Positions 24,818-35,500 of a stretch of 64,000 nucleotides of DNA are shown one piece after another. The position numbers and the translations under genes are program-made. Positions within the stretch are counted from its first letter, which is position 1; every line of letters starts with the position of its first letter. The DNA is from Terriglobales bacterium (lineage in GTDB: Bacteria > Acidobacteriota > Terriglobia > Terriglobales > SCQP01). Below the pieces are notes generated by a model, which saw only the letters and a list, made by a program, of their open reading frames with translations, searched no databases and had not been told where the DNA came from. The stretch spans positions 64,994-128,993 of the forward strand of contig JBOGKQ010000005.1 in the NCBI GenBank assembly GCA_050747905.1. Reading direction: 5' to 3'.

Positions 24818-27180
24818 GCGGCACCGGGTGCGGGCGGTGGTGCGCCCGCAGCTTGTACCTGCGCCCGCCGCTGTTGCATCTCGGCGGCCAGCGCCTGCTC
24901 GGCGTCCTGGTGTGCCTTCAGGTGCAGGATCACGTTCTCGTAGCCTTCGGGTGCGGCGGCCTTGGCCTGCAGCCCGGCGCTCGACACCGCCCAGTCCTTG
25001 ATGGTTTGGATGTGCACGACGTGGTCATCCACCTCCGGCTCAGGCGGGATGCTGGGTCCGAAACTCCCGTCCGGCCGTGGCACCGGCGCCGACTTCATGA
25101 GCCCCTCGATCTCCATGAACTGCTTGCTGCGGTTGTCGTCGCCCGGATCAACCAGTTCTGGCAGCCCGAGGTAATGGGTGACGATGGGCCGGTTTACCGG
25201 CGCGCCGACGATATCCAGCAGGTCGGGGTCCTTGCTTGCCAATATGCCTTCGAGCGACTCCCGGATCGCCTGGAAGCTCTGCGGAAAATCCTCATCCGCG
25301 GCCGGCCGTGCGATCACGTTGCCGCGGATCTCGCCCAAGCGGATGTACTCGCTCTGGAAGCCTTGTCCCTTCCCCTCGACCACCATCTCGACGTCTTCGT
25401 TGCGGTTGCGCCGGAAACACTCGACGGCAAGCGTCATCTCCTGCGCCTCGGCCGCGCGCATCTGCTTCCAGACCAGTGACAGTCGTCCCATCGCCTGCTC
25501 GCGCGACTGGGCGTAGGCGGCGGCAGTTTTGAGGTTGGGCATGCCGCCACCAAAGATCGAAGGCAGGGCGCCGGTGATGAACTGCCCGGCCTCGGCGAGG
25601 CGCTCGCTGTCGCTCCAGAGGTTGGGGTCCACGTGGAACTCTGGCTGGAAGATCATGGTGGCGAGGGAATGCCGGACGCCGGCGTTTTCGATCACGACGG
25701 GCACGTAGGACCCAGGCTGCATGCGCTTGCGCGCCAGTGCGTCGCCGTTGACGTAGCGGGCGTCGTAGAGAATCGGGGGTGCGGAGGCCATCTCGCGGTA
25801 CTCGGCGAGGATGTTGGCGCTGTCGTTGATCTGGCGCTGGATGGAGATGGCATCCTGCCCCAGCGCGTCCTTGTAGATGCCGATGCCGGGCTGGCCAGTG
25901 CATAACGCCCAGCAGTCGTCGAGGCGCTCCTGCTCGGCGTGCAGGAACGTATCTCCGGCAAACTCCACCCGGCAGCCCTCGGGAAAGGCCGCGAGCAGCC
26001 GCGCGCGCATCGCCTGATCGCAATGCGCCCAGAAAGCCTGGGGGCGCAGCCAGGCGCGCTTGTAGGTCACCAGGCGAGACATGGGGAGGGAGTTCCACGA
26101 TCCTTGGGCGTCGGCCAGCGACAGACGCACAATGCGCTCGTAGGTGTCTTCGCCCGAGGAGCCGGGGTCGTTGATCTTATCCGCCTTCTGCGGGTAGGCG
26201 GCGCGCAGCACAGCCTCGTGCATTTCCTCGCAGCAGATGAAGTAGTAACAATCCCGCTGCCCCTGCGCCTGGGGCGGCACCTTGAAGTAGAGCGGGCCGA
26301 ACACATCGAGCTTTTCCGCGCCGTTGGGTGTGCGCTGTGTTCCCGCGGGCACGGTCGCGGTCATGTGCTCGGCGGGATGAAAATCTCCCGGCCCCAGCAA
26401 CGCGCCGCAGTGCGGGCAGGCGACCGGACCGCCGGCGAGCATTCCGCCCGCCTCCGGCGCCGCCGCCGGGGTGTAGCCATTGCAGTTGGGGCACTCCCAG
26501 CGGTCGGGCAGCACCTGGATGGTGCGGTCTTCGAGCTGCTGTTCCTGGTGGTAGCCGAACAGGCCGCCATCCACCACAAAGCGGATGTAGGTGGCAAAAA
26601 TCCCCTCATTCCAGAGGTAATAGGCTTTCTTGACCCGCAGCACGTCGAGGCTGTTGTTGCGCGCCACCAGCTCGGCCACGCGCGAGGCCGCCTTGGCCGT
26701 GGCGATATCGTCCTGCGACTCGGCCGACGCCGGCATGTACTGGATCTTGGGCGGCGACTGCACCAGCGCCGCGATGATGCTCAGGCCCCAAGGCCGGTAG
26801 AGGTTCACCGTGTAGTCGAACCGCGGCATGTCCTCGCGGCCCACGTCGTCGCGCTCGAAGGGCGTATGCCAGGCGGAGTCCTTGGTGGAAAACCAGATGT
26901 TCTGGTTGCCGCGCCAAAACTCCTCCGCCTCGCGCCACTGCCGGACCTTGTGCCGGCGCACGGCGTCAGACTCCAGCTCGTAGGCGCGCACCATCTCGCG
27001 CAGCGCGGCTTGCATGTCCGCGGGGATCGCGTCCGCAATCAGCGGCGACTGCGGCGTCGGCTGCTCCCCGCGGTTGGGCGCCGCGGTCGAGGCGGCGGCG
27101 TCGCGGACGCCCTGCTGGTCGCCTTCGAGGGGGGCCGGGGGCTCGATCCCAGAGTCCAACGGGTTGAGGGTTGTGGTCAT
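24814..27180 (-). CDS. phage portal protein (with CxxC...CxxC zinc-ribbon insertion)
   Basis: 788 aa. Size, position and the helical stem/crown-like region (TAAAYAQSREQAMGRLSLVWKQMRAAEAQEM) fit a podovirus-type portal. Confidence 0.65.
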   Translation of the reverse strand: MTTTLNPLDSGIEPPAPLEGDQQGVRDAAASTAAPNRGEQPTPQSPLIADAIPADMQAALREMVRAYELESDAVRRHKVRQWREAEEFWRGNQNIWFSTKDSAWHTPFERDDVGREDMPRFDYTVNLYRPWGLSIIAALVQSPPKIQYMPASAESQDDIATAKAASRVAELVARNNSLDVLRVKKAYYLWNEGIFATYIRFVVDGGLFGYHQEQQLEDRTIQVLPDRWECPNCNGYTPAAAPEAGGMLAGGPVACPHCGALLGPGDFHPAEHMTATVPAGTQRTPNGAEKLDVFGPLYFKVPPQAQGQRDCYYFICCEEMHEAVLRAAYPQKADKINDPGSSGEDTYERIVRLSLADAQGSWNSLPMSRLVTYKRAWLRPQAFWAHCDQAMRARLLAAFPEGCRVEFAGDTFLHAEQERLDDCWALCTGQPGIGIYKDALGQDAISIQRQINDSANILAEYREMASAPPILYDARYVNGDALARKRMQPGSYVPVVIENAGVRHSLATMIFQPEFHVDPNLWSDSERLAEAGQFITGALPSIFGGGMPNLKTAAAYAQSREQAMGRLSLVWKQMRAAEAQEMTLAVECFRRNRNEDVEMVVEGKGQGFQSEYIRLGEIRGNVIARPAADEDFPQSFQAIRESLEGILASKDPDLLDIVGAPVNRPIVTHYLGLPELVDPGDDNRSKQFMEIEGLMKSAPVPRPDGSFGPSIPPEPEVDDHVVHIQTIKDWAVSSAGLQAKAAAPEGYENVILHLKAHQDAEQALAAEMQQRRAQVQAAGAPPPAPGAA

Positions 27181-27572
27181 AACTTGGTGTAAAACACGGT
27201 GTAGTCCTGGTTGCTACGCTGGAACCCGAAGCGCCGCAGCAGCGGTTCCATACCGTCCAGCAGCGCATTCGGCACAAAGGCATGCGCCTCGTCCGCGCCC
27301 GCCGCACGCAGAACTTCGGCCATGCGCGCGCGCTCCCGCACAGCGGAGCGGGCGACGTCGGCATCGGCCCCGAGGAACATCAGCTCGACAGTGGCATGCG
27401 CCGTCACCGCCCCCACTACCTCGCCATTGCGCACCGCAACCTGGGTAATCAGGTAGCGGGGGTCATCGAGATCGGGAAACGGAAACGCCACCCCGCTCGA
27501 CGCGCACCACGCGCAGTGCCGCTCGCGCAGCCGCTTGCGGTCGGCGGCCCGGTATGGACGCCAACTGATCAC
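27177..27572 (-). CDS. GNAT-like acetyltransferase (weak)
   Basis: GTGA overlap with the upstream stop and ATGA overlap with the portal. QVAVRNGEVVGAVTAH...LLRRFGFQR resembles a GNAT core/C-terminus, but the Q/RxxGxG motif is unclear. Confidence 0.4.
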   Translation of the reverse strand: MISWRPYRAADRKRLRERHCAWCASSGVAFPFPDLDDPRYLITQVAVRNGEVVGAVTAHATVELMFLGADADVARSAVRERARMAEVLRAAGADEAHAFVPNALLDGMEPLLRRFGFQRSNQDYTVFYTKL

Positions 27573-28039
27573 GATGTCCTCAGCACCCCGGCGTTCAGGC
27601 CGACGACGCCGTAGCTGGTGGCGTAGCTCGACCAACTGTTCCAGCTCGAGCCCTGATAGCGGCTGCGGATCTGCCAGTAGCGCGTCTCGTTCGGGTCCAC
27701 GATGTCGCGCGTGGTTTCGCCGAGGCCCAGCGTGAACGCCGCCATGCTGGAGTTCGCGTTGAAGTTCTGATCGAGTGCCGAGCGGATCTGGTGCTGCACC
27801 GGCGCCGTTGCCGAGGGGGGGTTGGTAATCTGGATCACGAAATGGCCCTGGCTCGCGGCGATCGTCCAGCTTGCCGCCGGAGGCGCTGCGGCCGAAGCCT
27901 GTGAGCCCTGCGGTGCACCCAGCACAAGCCCCGATGCCAGTTCGAGCGCGTCACTCTGGTTGGCGAGCGCGACGAATGCCTGGTAGAGGTTCACGTCGCT
28001 GATGGCGTAAGGCGTGATGTAGGCCCGATTGACCGGCAC
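27569..28039 (-). CDS. hypothetical phage structural protein
   Basis: 156 aa, beta-rich. Confidence 0.45.
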   Translation of the reverse strand: MPVNRAYITPYAISDVNLYQAFVALANQSDALELASGLVLGAPQGSQASAAAPPAASWTIAASQGHFVIQITNPPSATAPVQHQIRSALDQNFNANSSMAAFTLGLGETTRDIVDPNETRYWQIRSRYQGSSWNSWSSYATSYGVVGLNAGVLRTS

Positions 28040-28048
28040 AGTTACCCG

Positions 28049-30847
28049 CTACGGAATTACCGCAACCTCAAAAATCGTTCCGCCGGTCCAGACCACGCTG
28101 GAGCTGGTGATGTTGCACACATTCACGGTCACATGATCAGAGGCATCTATGTAGGCGTTCCAGACGAGCCCGGCGGGCGGCGCCGACTCCGGCGTCCCAG
28201 CCGCCACCATGCCCACGCTCACGCCGCTGGCAAAGCTGATGCCGCCGGAAATGCAGGTTCCCGCGGTGTAAGTCCCCCTCCAATACGTTCCTGAGGCCCC
28301 GCGCAGGATCGGTGCGGTAGTGTTGATGGGCTGGCCCCCCACGGTCGAGCCCGCCGCCATGGCCGCGGTGCTCTGGAACGTGGCCGCGCCCGCTATGTTT
28401 AGCGTCCCATTGCCGGTTATGTTGCCGCTCGCGTCCACGCGCACCAGCGGTTGCGAGTCGGTCGAGTCTTCGATGTCGAGCAGATAACCGGTGGGCGACG
28501 TGTCGGTGTCGCGCATGATCATCAGCCCGCTGTCGCCGTTGGCCATCTGGCGGAAGGTGTAGTCGCCGGCGGGGTTGATGTCGCCGGTGGGGGCGTTGGT
28601 CAGGCCGCTGAACTGGAAGTGCGCGTCGGGGCCGACGTAGAGCTGGCACTCGCCGCTCGCCGGGTTCACCAGGTTGGTGGCGAGGCAGAAGGTATCGCCA
28701 CCGTCGCCGGCAATGTCGCTGTTGATCTCCCAGTAGGAGATTCCGGCGTTGCGGAAGATGAGGTTGTCCTGTTTGGTCCCGCTGGAGTTGCCGTCCAGAA
28801 GCAGTTGGGCCGGGTTGTTGGCCGCCTCGCCGCCTGGCTTGCCCCGAAAGCGGATGATGCCGGTGGGGCTTTCAAGCGTGGTGTCGGTGAGCATGGTGCC
28901 GTGAATATCAGTCAGCCGGTCCGTGCCTCCCAAGACGAGGGCGGAAGTGGAGTCAACACGGCTGATGTCACCCGCCGCAGCTCCCCCGAATCCCTCCGGG
29001 CTCGCGCCGTTGAGCGGCGCCGCCGCGCCGTCACCCAGCGAGAGCACGTAGCTGTAATTGGGGCTGGGCCCGGTGATGGTGGCGTAACGCTGGCCGGTGC
29101 CGTAGCCGGAGTAGTCGTTGCCGTCCAGGGTTACCGACACCGCCCCAAAGTTCAGCGCCGTCACGTTTCCGCCGAGGGAGGCGTTGAAGATATTGCCGTT
29201 GACGACGCACTGCTCGCAGCCGCCGCCGTTGTTGCCGGTGCCGCCATCCACCAGTTGCCCGAGGAACACATCGCCCTGTCCGGCGACGTTCGAGCCGTTG
29301 CTCTCGAAGTAATTCCCGATCAGATCCACGCTGCGGCCGCTCCAGGCCGCCGGGTCCGACACTTGCTGCCAGTAGCCGTACTGGCTGTTCGACTCGATGT
29401 CGTTGCCCATCCAGGTATGCACCCAACCGCCGTCATCGAAGACGCCGTAGGCGTTGTCGTCCACCGTGTTGCCGGTGAAGGTGAGCCGGTTGGCCGAGGC
29501 GCCCACAATATGCACGCCGTAGTAGTCGTCAATGAAGTGGCTGTCGCTTACTTCGGCGTCGTAGGCGTGGCCGTAGGTCGAGTCAAAGTAGATGCCGTCG
29601 TGGGCCTGGCGCCCCACCACATCCTTGATTTCGGTATGCACGCAGTTGACGCAGTGGATCGCGGCGCCTGAGCTGGCGTTGACGCCGGAGACGATCAGGT
29701 GCTCGAGTGCGACGTTGTTCGCGGTGGTCGAGGGAGTGCCGATCTGGATGGCGTCGGTCGCTGGCGTTAGCTGGCTGATCTCGGTGCCCTGGCCGCCGTC
29801 GAAGGCGGCGAAGCCGGTCAGCCGCACCGCCGCGGCCAGCACCAGCGGCGCGTAAACGTCAGCCACGGGCTCGTCGTCCACCACCCAGCCGCCGGGTCCG
29901 GCGGCGTTGACAGCCTCTTCGAGGCCGGCCGTGGCCGAGGCCAGCGTCCAGGCACCGGAGTGGCTGTAGGCCGGGGTGAAGCAGACCGAAGCGGCGCCGC
30001 CAGCAGGGCATGCCTCGCCGACGTTCGTTACCGTCACGGTTTCCGCCGTGCCCGTACCACCCGAGATGTAGAGCGTGTCGCCCGCCACCACACCTGCCGG
30101 AAGTGCCCAGGCGGGCGTCACCGTGGCCGCTGTCGCGGCCGTCAGGCTCACGCCGGGCGTGGGTGCTGCGAAGTTATAGGCGTGGGCAAACAGCACTCCG
30201 TTGAGGCTGCTGGAGGTGGTGGCCGGATTGGAGGCCAGGCTGACGCCCGAGGCTGAGGAGAAACTGGCGATGACCTCGGGACTACCGCCGTCGCCCAGGC
30301 CGTAAGCGGTCCAGTTACCGGCGCGCTCGTCTATCAGCAGCACGTTGGAGGGTAGCCGGATCAGCGGCAGCAGCGTCGTCAGGTTGCCGGTCCAGGCTGG
30401 ATCCAGTACCACGATGCCGCCGCTCCTGCCCGCCTGCCAGTTGATTGCTTCCTGCAAGCCGTCCGAGCCGCTGGAGATGGTGAAATGTCCCGGATGCGGC
30501 TGGCTAAAATCGGCGGACACCGAGCAACTCACCCCGCCCGAGCGGCAGCTAACGCCGAGGATAGTGGTGGTTTCGGGCACGCCACTGCCGGTTATGGTGA
30601 TAGGGACGCCAGCGGCCAGGGGCTGGAAGGATTGGCCATTTTCGAGCGTGAAGCTGGCTTCGATGCCTTCGAGCGTCGCGCCTTCTGGCTGGCCTGTACC
30701 CAGCACCGGGCCTTGGGCGATGGCCTGCCAGTGGCCGAAGGCGCTGGCCACAACGACGCCGCCTTCAACAGGCTTCTGCGTCGGCGCCCAGTTGGCCAGC
30801 AAACCGGCCAGCCCCAGCGCAAGGAGCGGGAACGAAGGCCGTATCAT
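28049..30847 (-). CDS. secreted right-handed beta-helix protein (tailspike/depolymerase-like)
   Basis: Start set at MIRPSFPLLALGLAGLLANWA (signal peptide). PbH1-type repeats (GNTVDDNAYGVFDDGG, GNDIESNSQYG, IGNYFESNG, VNGNIFN). N-module shared with the next two genes. Confidence 0.7.
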   Translation of the reverse strand: MIRPSFPLLALGLAGLLANWAPTQKPVEGGVVVASAFGHWQAIAQGPVLGTGQPEGATLEGIEASFTLENGQSFQPLAAGVPITITGSGVPETTTILGVSCRSGGVSCSVSADFSQPHPGHFTISSGSDGLQEAINWQAGRSGGIVVLDPAWTGNLTTLLPLIRLPSNVLLIDERAGNWTAYGLGDGGSPEVIASFSSASGVSLASNPATTSSSLNGVLFAHAYNFAAPTPGVSLTAATAATVTPAWALPAGVVAGDTLYISGGTGTAETVTVTNVGEACPAGGAASVCFTPAYSHSGAWTLASATAGLEEAVNAAGPGGWVVDDEPVADVYAPLVLAAAVRLTGFAAFDGGQGTEISQLTPATDAIQIGTPSTTANNVALEHLIVSGVNASSGAAIHCVNCVHTEIKDVVGRQAHDGIYFDSTYGHAYDAEVSDSHFIDDYYGVHIVGASANRLTFTGNTVDDNAYGVFDDGGWVHTWMGNDIESNSQYGYWQQVSDPAAWSGRSVDLIGNYFESNGSNVAGQGDVFLGQLVDGGTGNNGGGCEQCVVNGNIFNASLGGNVTALNFGAVSVTLDGNDYSGYGTGQRYATITGPSPNYSYVLSLGDGAAAPLNGASPEGFGGAAAGDISRVDSTSALVLGGTDRLTDIHGTMLTDTTLESPTGIIRFRGKPGGEAANNPAQLLLDGNSSGTKQDNLIFRNAGISYWEINSDIAGDGGDTFCLATNLVNPASGECQLYVGPDAHFQFSGLTNAPTGDINPAGDYTFRQMANGDSGLMIMRDTDTSPTGYLLDIEDSTDSQPLVRVDASGNITGNGTLNIAGAATFQSTAAMAAGSTVGGQPINTTAPILRGASGTYWRGTYTAGTCISGGISFASGVSVGMVAAGTPESAPPAGLVWNAYIDASDHVTVNVCNITSSSVVWTGGTIFEVAVIP

Positions 30848-30860
30848 GCGGGCTGCGGCC

Positions 30861-32558
30861 TCACCATGCCACCTCGACCAACACTGGCTGGACGCTTGAG
30901 GCAGCGCCGCTCGCGGCGGCATGGCCGATGATTTCCCCACTCGCGGGCTTACTGGCACCAGCGTCGTGGCAGTCGCCCGCGGTCGTCGAACTGATCTGCA
31001 CCCAGTCGCCCTCGGTGACCGTCGTCGCGTCGAACTGGCAGCCGGCGATGCCGCTGGCCGCCACGCTGGCCGCAGCCGAGGTGCCCGCGTTGGCGGTAAC
31101 GATTCCGATGGCTCCGGTGGTGTCAGTCGTCGCCGTAGCTACCAGACCCGCCGACGTCATCTTCGCCAGCTCGTTGACAGCCGTGCCGCCGCTCGCGGCG
31201 TTTGCCAGGCCGGGCTCGACTGGAACCGCCTCGACCAGCCACTCGGTCGCGGATGTAGCCACAACTTGCGCAAGGTAGCCGGGCGGCACGACTGGGTCGC
31301 CCATCACCGCCTGGCCTGTACCCGGCACGAAGGTCACGTTTCCCAGCCCGAGGTTCAGCAGCGAGAAGAAAAACCCTTGCCCGCAGCCGGTCGTGCCCAG
31401 GAGGCAGAGCGTGTAGGTCTGGGCCGCGGCGTTGTCGGCGGTGATCAGCGCGCTCAGGTCGCTTGCGCCCGAGGCGGGATCGCCTTCAATCGTGTAGCTC
31501 GTGCCAACCTGGGCGTTCACCCCCAGCGCGTCGGCAGTCCATGCGGCCGTCTGCGAGGTGCCACCCGCGGGGGTCTCGACCAGCCCCAGCGCTGTTCCAT
31601 TGGGCGAGCCAGGCTCGGTAGGCAGGTCCCCGGACCCGGACGGGGTGAAGCATCCGGTCGCGCCGCCATTGGTCGCAATGCCAGCCGCGGCTTCGCCCGC
31701 GGCGCACTGCGTGGGCGCGAAGGCAAAAGCCAGAGTCGTTCCGGATTGCCCGCTCGTATTCTGGTTGAGGATAGGAAAGTTAATCAGGTTGGCGGCCGAC
31801 ACAGGCGGCAACTGGCCGCTGGCGTTGAGCTGGACCAGGTCATTCGCTGCAGTGCCGACCTGGAAGCTCGAGCCCCAGGCCGCGCCGGTCGAGTTCGGGA
31901 CGCCGGCGGGCGGATAACTCGCGCCGCCTCCGCCGCCAAGGTTGGTGCCGGTGCTCGATGAAAACGCGGCGATCAGCTTGGGCGCGCTGCCGTTCCCCTC
32001 GCCGTAGAAGTTGAAGTCGCCCACGGTTTCGTCAATCAGCAGCACGTCCGACGGCAGGTGAAGCTCGCTCAGCAGGCTGGGAACGCTTCCGCCCCAGTCC
32101 GGATCGGCAATGACCGAGCCGCCGCCGTGCTGCGCCTCGTAGTTGATGGCCTCCTGCAGGCCGTCGGTTGCGCTCGAAACGGTAAAGCTGCCAGGGTGGC
32201 TGGCGGAAAAGTCCGCGACAAAGCTGCACGGCGGACCGCCAGTCGAGCAGCTCACCCCTGTCACCGTCACCACCTCGGGGTTGGCGTCGCCTGAAATCTG
32301 GACTGGCGTGCCCACGGCGAACGGCACCCAGGGGGTGCCATCGGGCAACGTGAAGCTGGGATCGGACACCGTTACCGTGCCGCCGGGAGGCCCCACTGGT
32401 CCGCGCGCCTGGGCGCTGAACTGAAATTCGCTCGCCACCGCCGCGCCCGCCACCCGCGTCATCGGCGGCCGGTCCAGCGTCTGTGCATGCACGCAGCCGC
32501 TCGCAGCCAGCGCGGCCAACGCGACGAGCGTGATCATTCCCATTCCTCGAAGTTTCAT
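30861..32558 (-). CDS. secreted tail-fibre-like protein
   Basis: 565 aa. Signal peptide MITLVALAALAASGCVHAQ, shared N-module, fibre-type motif LVQLNASGQLPPVSAANL. Confidence 0.65.
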   Translation of the reverse strand: MKLRGMGMITLVALAALAASGCVHAQTLDRPPMTRVAGAAVASEFQFSAQARGPVGPPGGTVTVSDPSFTLPDGTPWVPFAVGTPVQISGDANPEVVTVTGVSCSTGGPPCSFVADFSASHPGSFTVSSATDGLQEAINYEAQHGGGSVIADPDWGGSVPSLLSELHLPSDVLLIDETVGDFNFYGEGNGSAPKLIAAFSSSTGTNLGGGGGASYPPAGVPNSTGAAWGSSFQVGTAANDLVQLNASGQLPPVSAANLINFPILNQNTSGQSGTTLAFAFAPTQCAAGEAAAGIATNGGATGCFTPSGSGDLPTEPGSPNGTALGLVETPAGGTSQTAAWTADALGVNAQVGTSYTIEGDPASGASDLSALITADNAAAQTYTLCLLGTTGCGQGFFFSLLNLGLGNVTFVPGTGQAVMGDPVVPPGYLAQVVATSATEWLVEAVPVEPGLANAASGGTAVNELAKMTSAGLVATATTDTTGAIGIVTANAGTSAAASVAASGIAGCQFDATTVTEGDWVQISSTTAGDCHDAGASKPASGEIIGHAAASGAASSVQPVLVEVAW

Positions 32559-32571
32559 GCGGTTCCTTTCG

Positions 32572-35500
32572 TCATGGCCTCACCACGCGCACGGCGACGG
32601 TCAGGGGCGCTGGAACGATGGCTGCGGCGGTGAGGTTGCAGTATTCGACCGTTACCACTCCGGCGCTGGTCACCGCGGCCTCGAGCGTCAGGCCGGGGCT
32701 CGGCAGCGCCGCCTCGCCGCTGGCCACGGCGCTCATGGTGGTCTGGGCGCCCGACACTGCTACGGTGACCGCATCGCCGCACGTGCCGCCAGCCAGAGAC
32801 GTGGTGGATCCGGCGACGGAGGCAGAGAGTGGAAGCACCGGGCCGATGGCGCCCACCTGCAGAAACTGAGCAACAGGTTCGGCGGCAAAGGGCGCGATAT
32901 ATCCCGGAAGCCACCACTGCTGGGAGCCCACCGTTTCCAGTGACCAGGTACAGGTTCCATCCGGGGTCGTCGCGCTTACTCCGGTCGTGGTATTGAAGGT
33001 CGCGCTCCAGCTCGGCGTCGAAGCGCCGCTGGTGCAAGTCGTTCCGCTCGACACTGCCGAAACGTAGAAAGAGTAGGCGGTGCCTCCCACGGTCGCGGCC
33101 ACGAAGTCGTCACCCTCCCCAAACGGGGATGTCGCCAGCGTGTAAGTGTGGTTTTCTTGCCAGGGAGGTGCGGCGCGTGCCGTCTCGTAGGCCGTCGCAC
33201 CCGCACCCGCTCCGGGTTCGAGGAGCCACCCGAGCGGGGATCCAGCGGTAACCGTATTGTCCCTGATCATCGGCTCCCACAGCGCATTGTTGGCCGTGGA
33301 CCCGCCGGTGGTCCAGACGCCGTTGGTGGGGGCGGCGGCCGAGAGAAGGCAGCGTTCGGATGTGAGATAAGGCAGTAAATCCGGCTGCGTAGTGCCCGGC
33401 AGGCACCAGTTGTTTGCCGCCTGGTTGCCGACGATATTGAAATTCACCGTATCAGCGCCCCACAGCGAACCTTCTAGCACGGTGTCCAGATTCGTAGGCG
33501 AAAAGCCTGCCGGCAGTGCGCAGGGCGATGTGCGCGTAAAGACGTTGATGCCGCTGCACGTGTTGACCAGCGCCGCACTCTGGCTTGCATAGTTTCCCGA
33601 GAGAGTTAACTGCTGAGGGAAGGTGTTGTTGAGAAGGGTGACAGCGCCGGCGCCGAGCAGAGAGTCCCTGATCGTAACGGCCATGCCTAGCCGGTCGTAT
33701 GCAGTGCCAAGCCCAACCGTAGCCAGCGGCCAATTAAACGCTTGACTTGCTCCATAACCGCCAAGTACGTAGACCGCACTCATGCCGGCGCCCTCGGATC
33801 CAATGCGGCTGTCGTCAATCAGCGCGGACGAGTAGTCGCCGTTTTGCGAAGTGTTAGCCCACAAATCAACCCAGCGATCATAAGGTAATGATTGCGGAAC
33901 GCCAAACACTCCGTGGATCGAAAGCGTCGCGCCAAGGTTCACTATCTGGGCCTGATAGGGCTGAGTGTTTGGATAGGTCATAGAGACCCAACTATTAGGC
34001 TCAATCTCTAACCAATCACCTGCAAATATAAGCGCTCCGCGATCATTTGATAGAGTTCCTTGTATTGTCATCTGAACGCCACTTGATTGTGTTGCCTGGG
34101 TATCGAGGTCGAGAGCGTAGCCGGTTGTCATCTGCACGTCAGCATGCTCAACGGTGAAGGTTGCGTCTCCCGCCGCTACACCGACAAACAGCGCTGTGCG
34201 GCCACCCGTGGTATGCACCCCGTTCCAGGACAACCACGTCACGTTCGGCGAGGTGAAGATATTCTGAAATGGTTCCTCGGCATATACCCAGCCAGCCTTG
34301 TCGCCCTGTACGTTGAGGTACTGCCCGAAGTTCACCGGCCCGGTAACGTTGTACTGGCCATTCGCAAAGGTTAACAGTGGACATCGCGCCTGGGGAGCGA
34401 AGCCGAAAGGTTGCTTGGCATCGCAGTTCGCCAGTTGAGCGGCCAGGGCTGCGTTGAGGGCGGCGGTGTCATCGTGGGTGGTGTAGGCCGCCGCGGCAGA
34501 CGTGCCAGCGGCGCTCGCAAGCGTGAGGGAAGTCGAGCCGCCGCCGCTCGTCACCGTGGTCACCAGCACGTCCGCAGCGCCTGCCGCTGGCGGCGTGGTT
34601 GGCACCCATGCGGGCGCGTAAGTCACCGTCTGGGCTGTGTCCATCCACGAAAACGGCTGACGCTGCCAGGTAACGGTTCCATCCACTACGGTGCAGGTGC
34701 TCGAAGAGACGCACCAGGCCGGCTCGGAGGCGCCGCTGGTGCCCCCAATCGTCGCCACGTAGTAGCTGCCGTTCGGCGCAGCAACAGGCTCGGCCATGCG
34801 GCCATTGGCGTAGATCGTGCTGGCCGTCCACGGCTCCGCCGTGCCGGGAATGGTTTCCAGTCCGATCAGGCGCCATGCCCCGCCGTTCGCCTGTGCGTAA
34901 ACAAAGTAGCCATAACTATTCGTCGAGATACCCGCGGGCGCGTCCCAGGTGAGGTAGTTGGCTCCCTCCACCAGATCGCCATCACCCGGGCCGAGCCTAG
35001 CTGCGCCCGTCGAGGTAGTTGCGACTGGGCTAGCTGCAGTGGTGCCCTCATGACCGTCGTCCACCACAATCCTGTAGCTGTATGGCGTTGAACCTGGGGC
35101 GGTGGCACACGCCATCTGGCCATTCGCGCCGCACCAGTTGATGATGGTTGGCGTGGGTGGCGTGATCGCCGCTCCGCCAAAGGCTGCGGCTCCGCAGCCG
35201 GATAGCGCGATGCCGTTGCCATTCGTAAAGTCCATGGCCGCGGCGAGCGTGACCTGGGCGCTTGTGGCGCTACACGCGGCGGTGGTGTCCTCGCCGCTTC
35301 CGCTGGCTCCCTCCCCGACGGAGGAGATCGTGGGGGCGGGCTGGTAGCTGGTTCCGTTCCAGCGATAGTGGACCAGGTTGCGGCGGTCCAGCACGAGGAC
35401 GCTCGCGGAGCCGGCCGCGCCGGTGATCTGGGCGGTGCTGCCGGACCATCCGGAGCCGATCACTACCGTGCCGCCGCCCTGCCCGGCTGCGGCGGAGATG

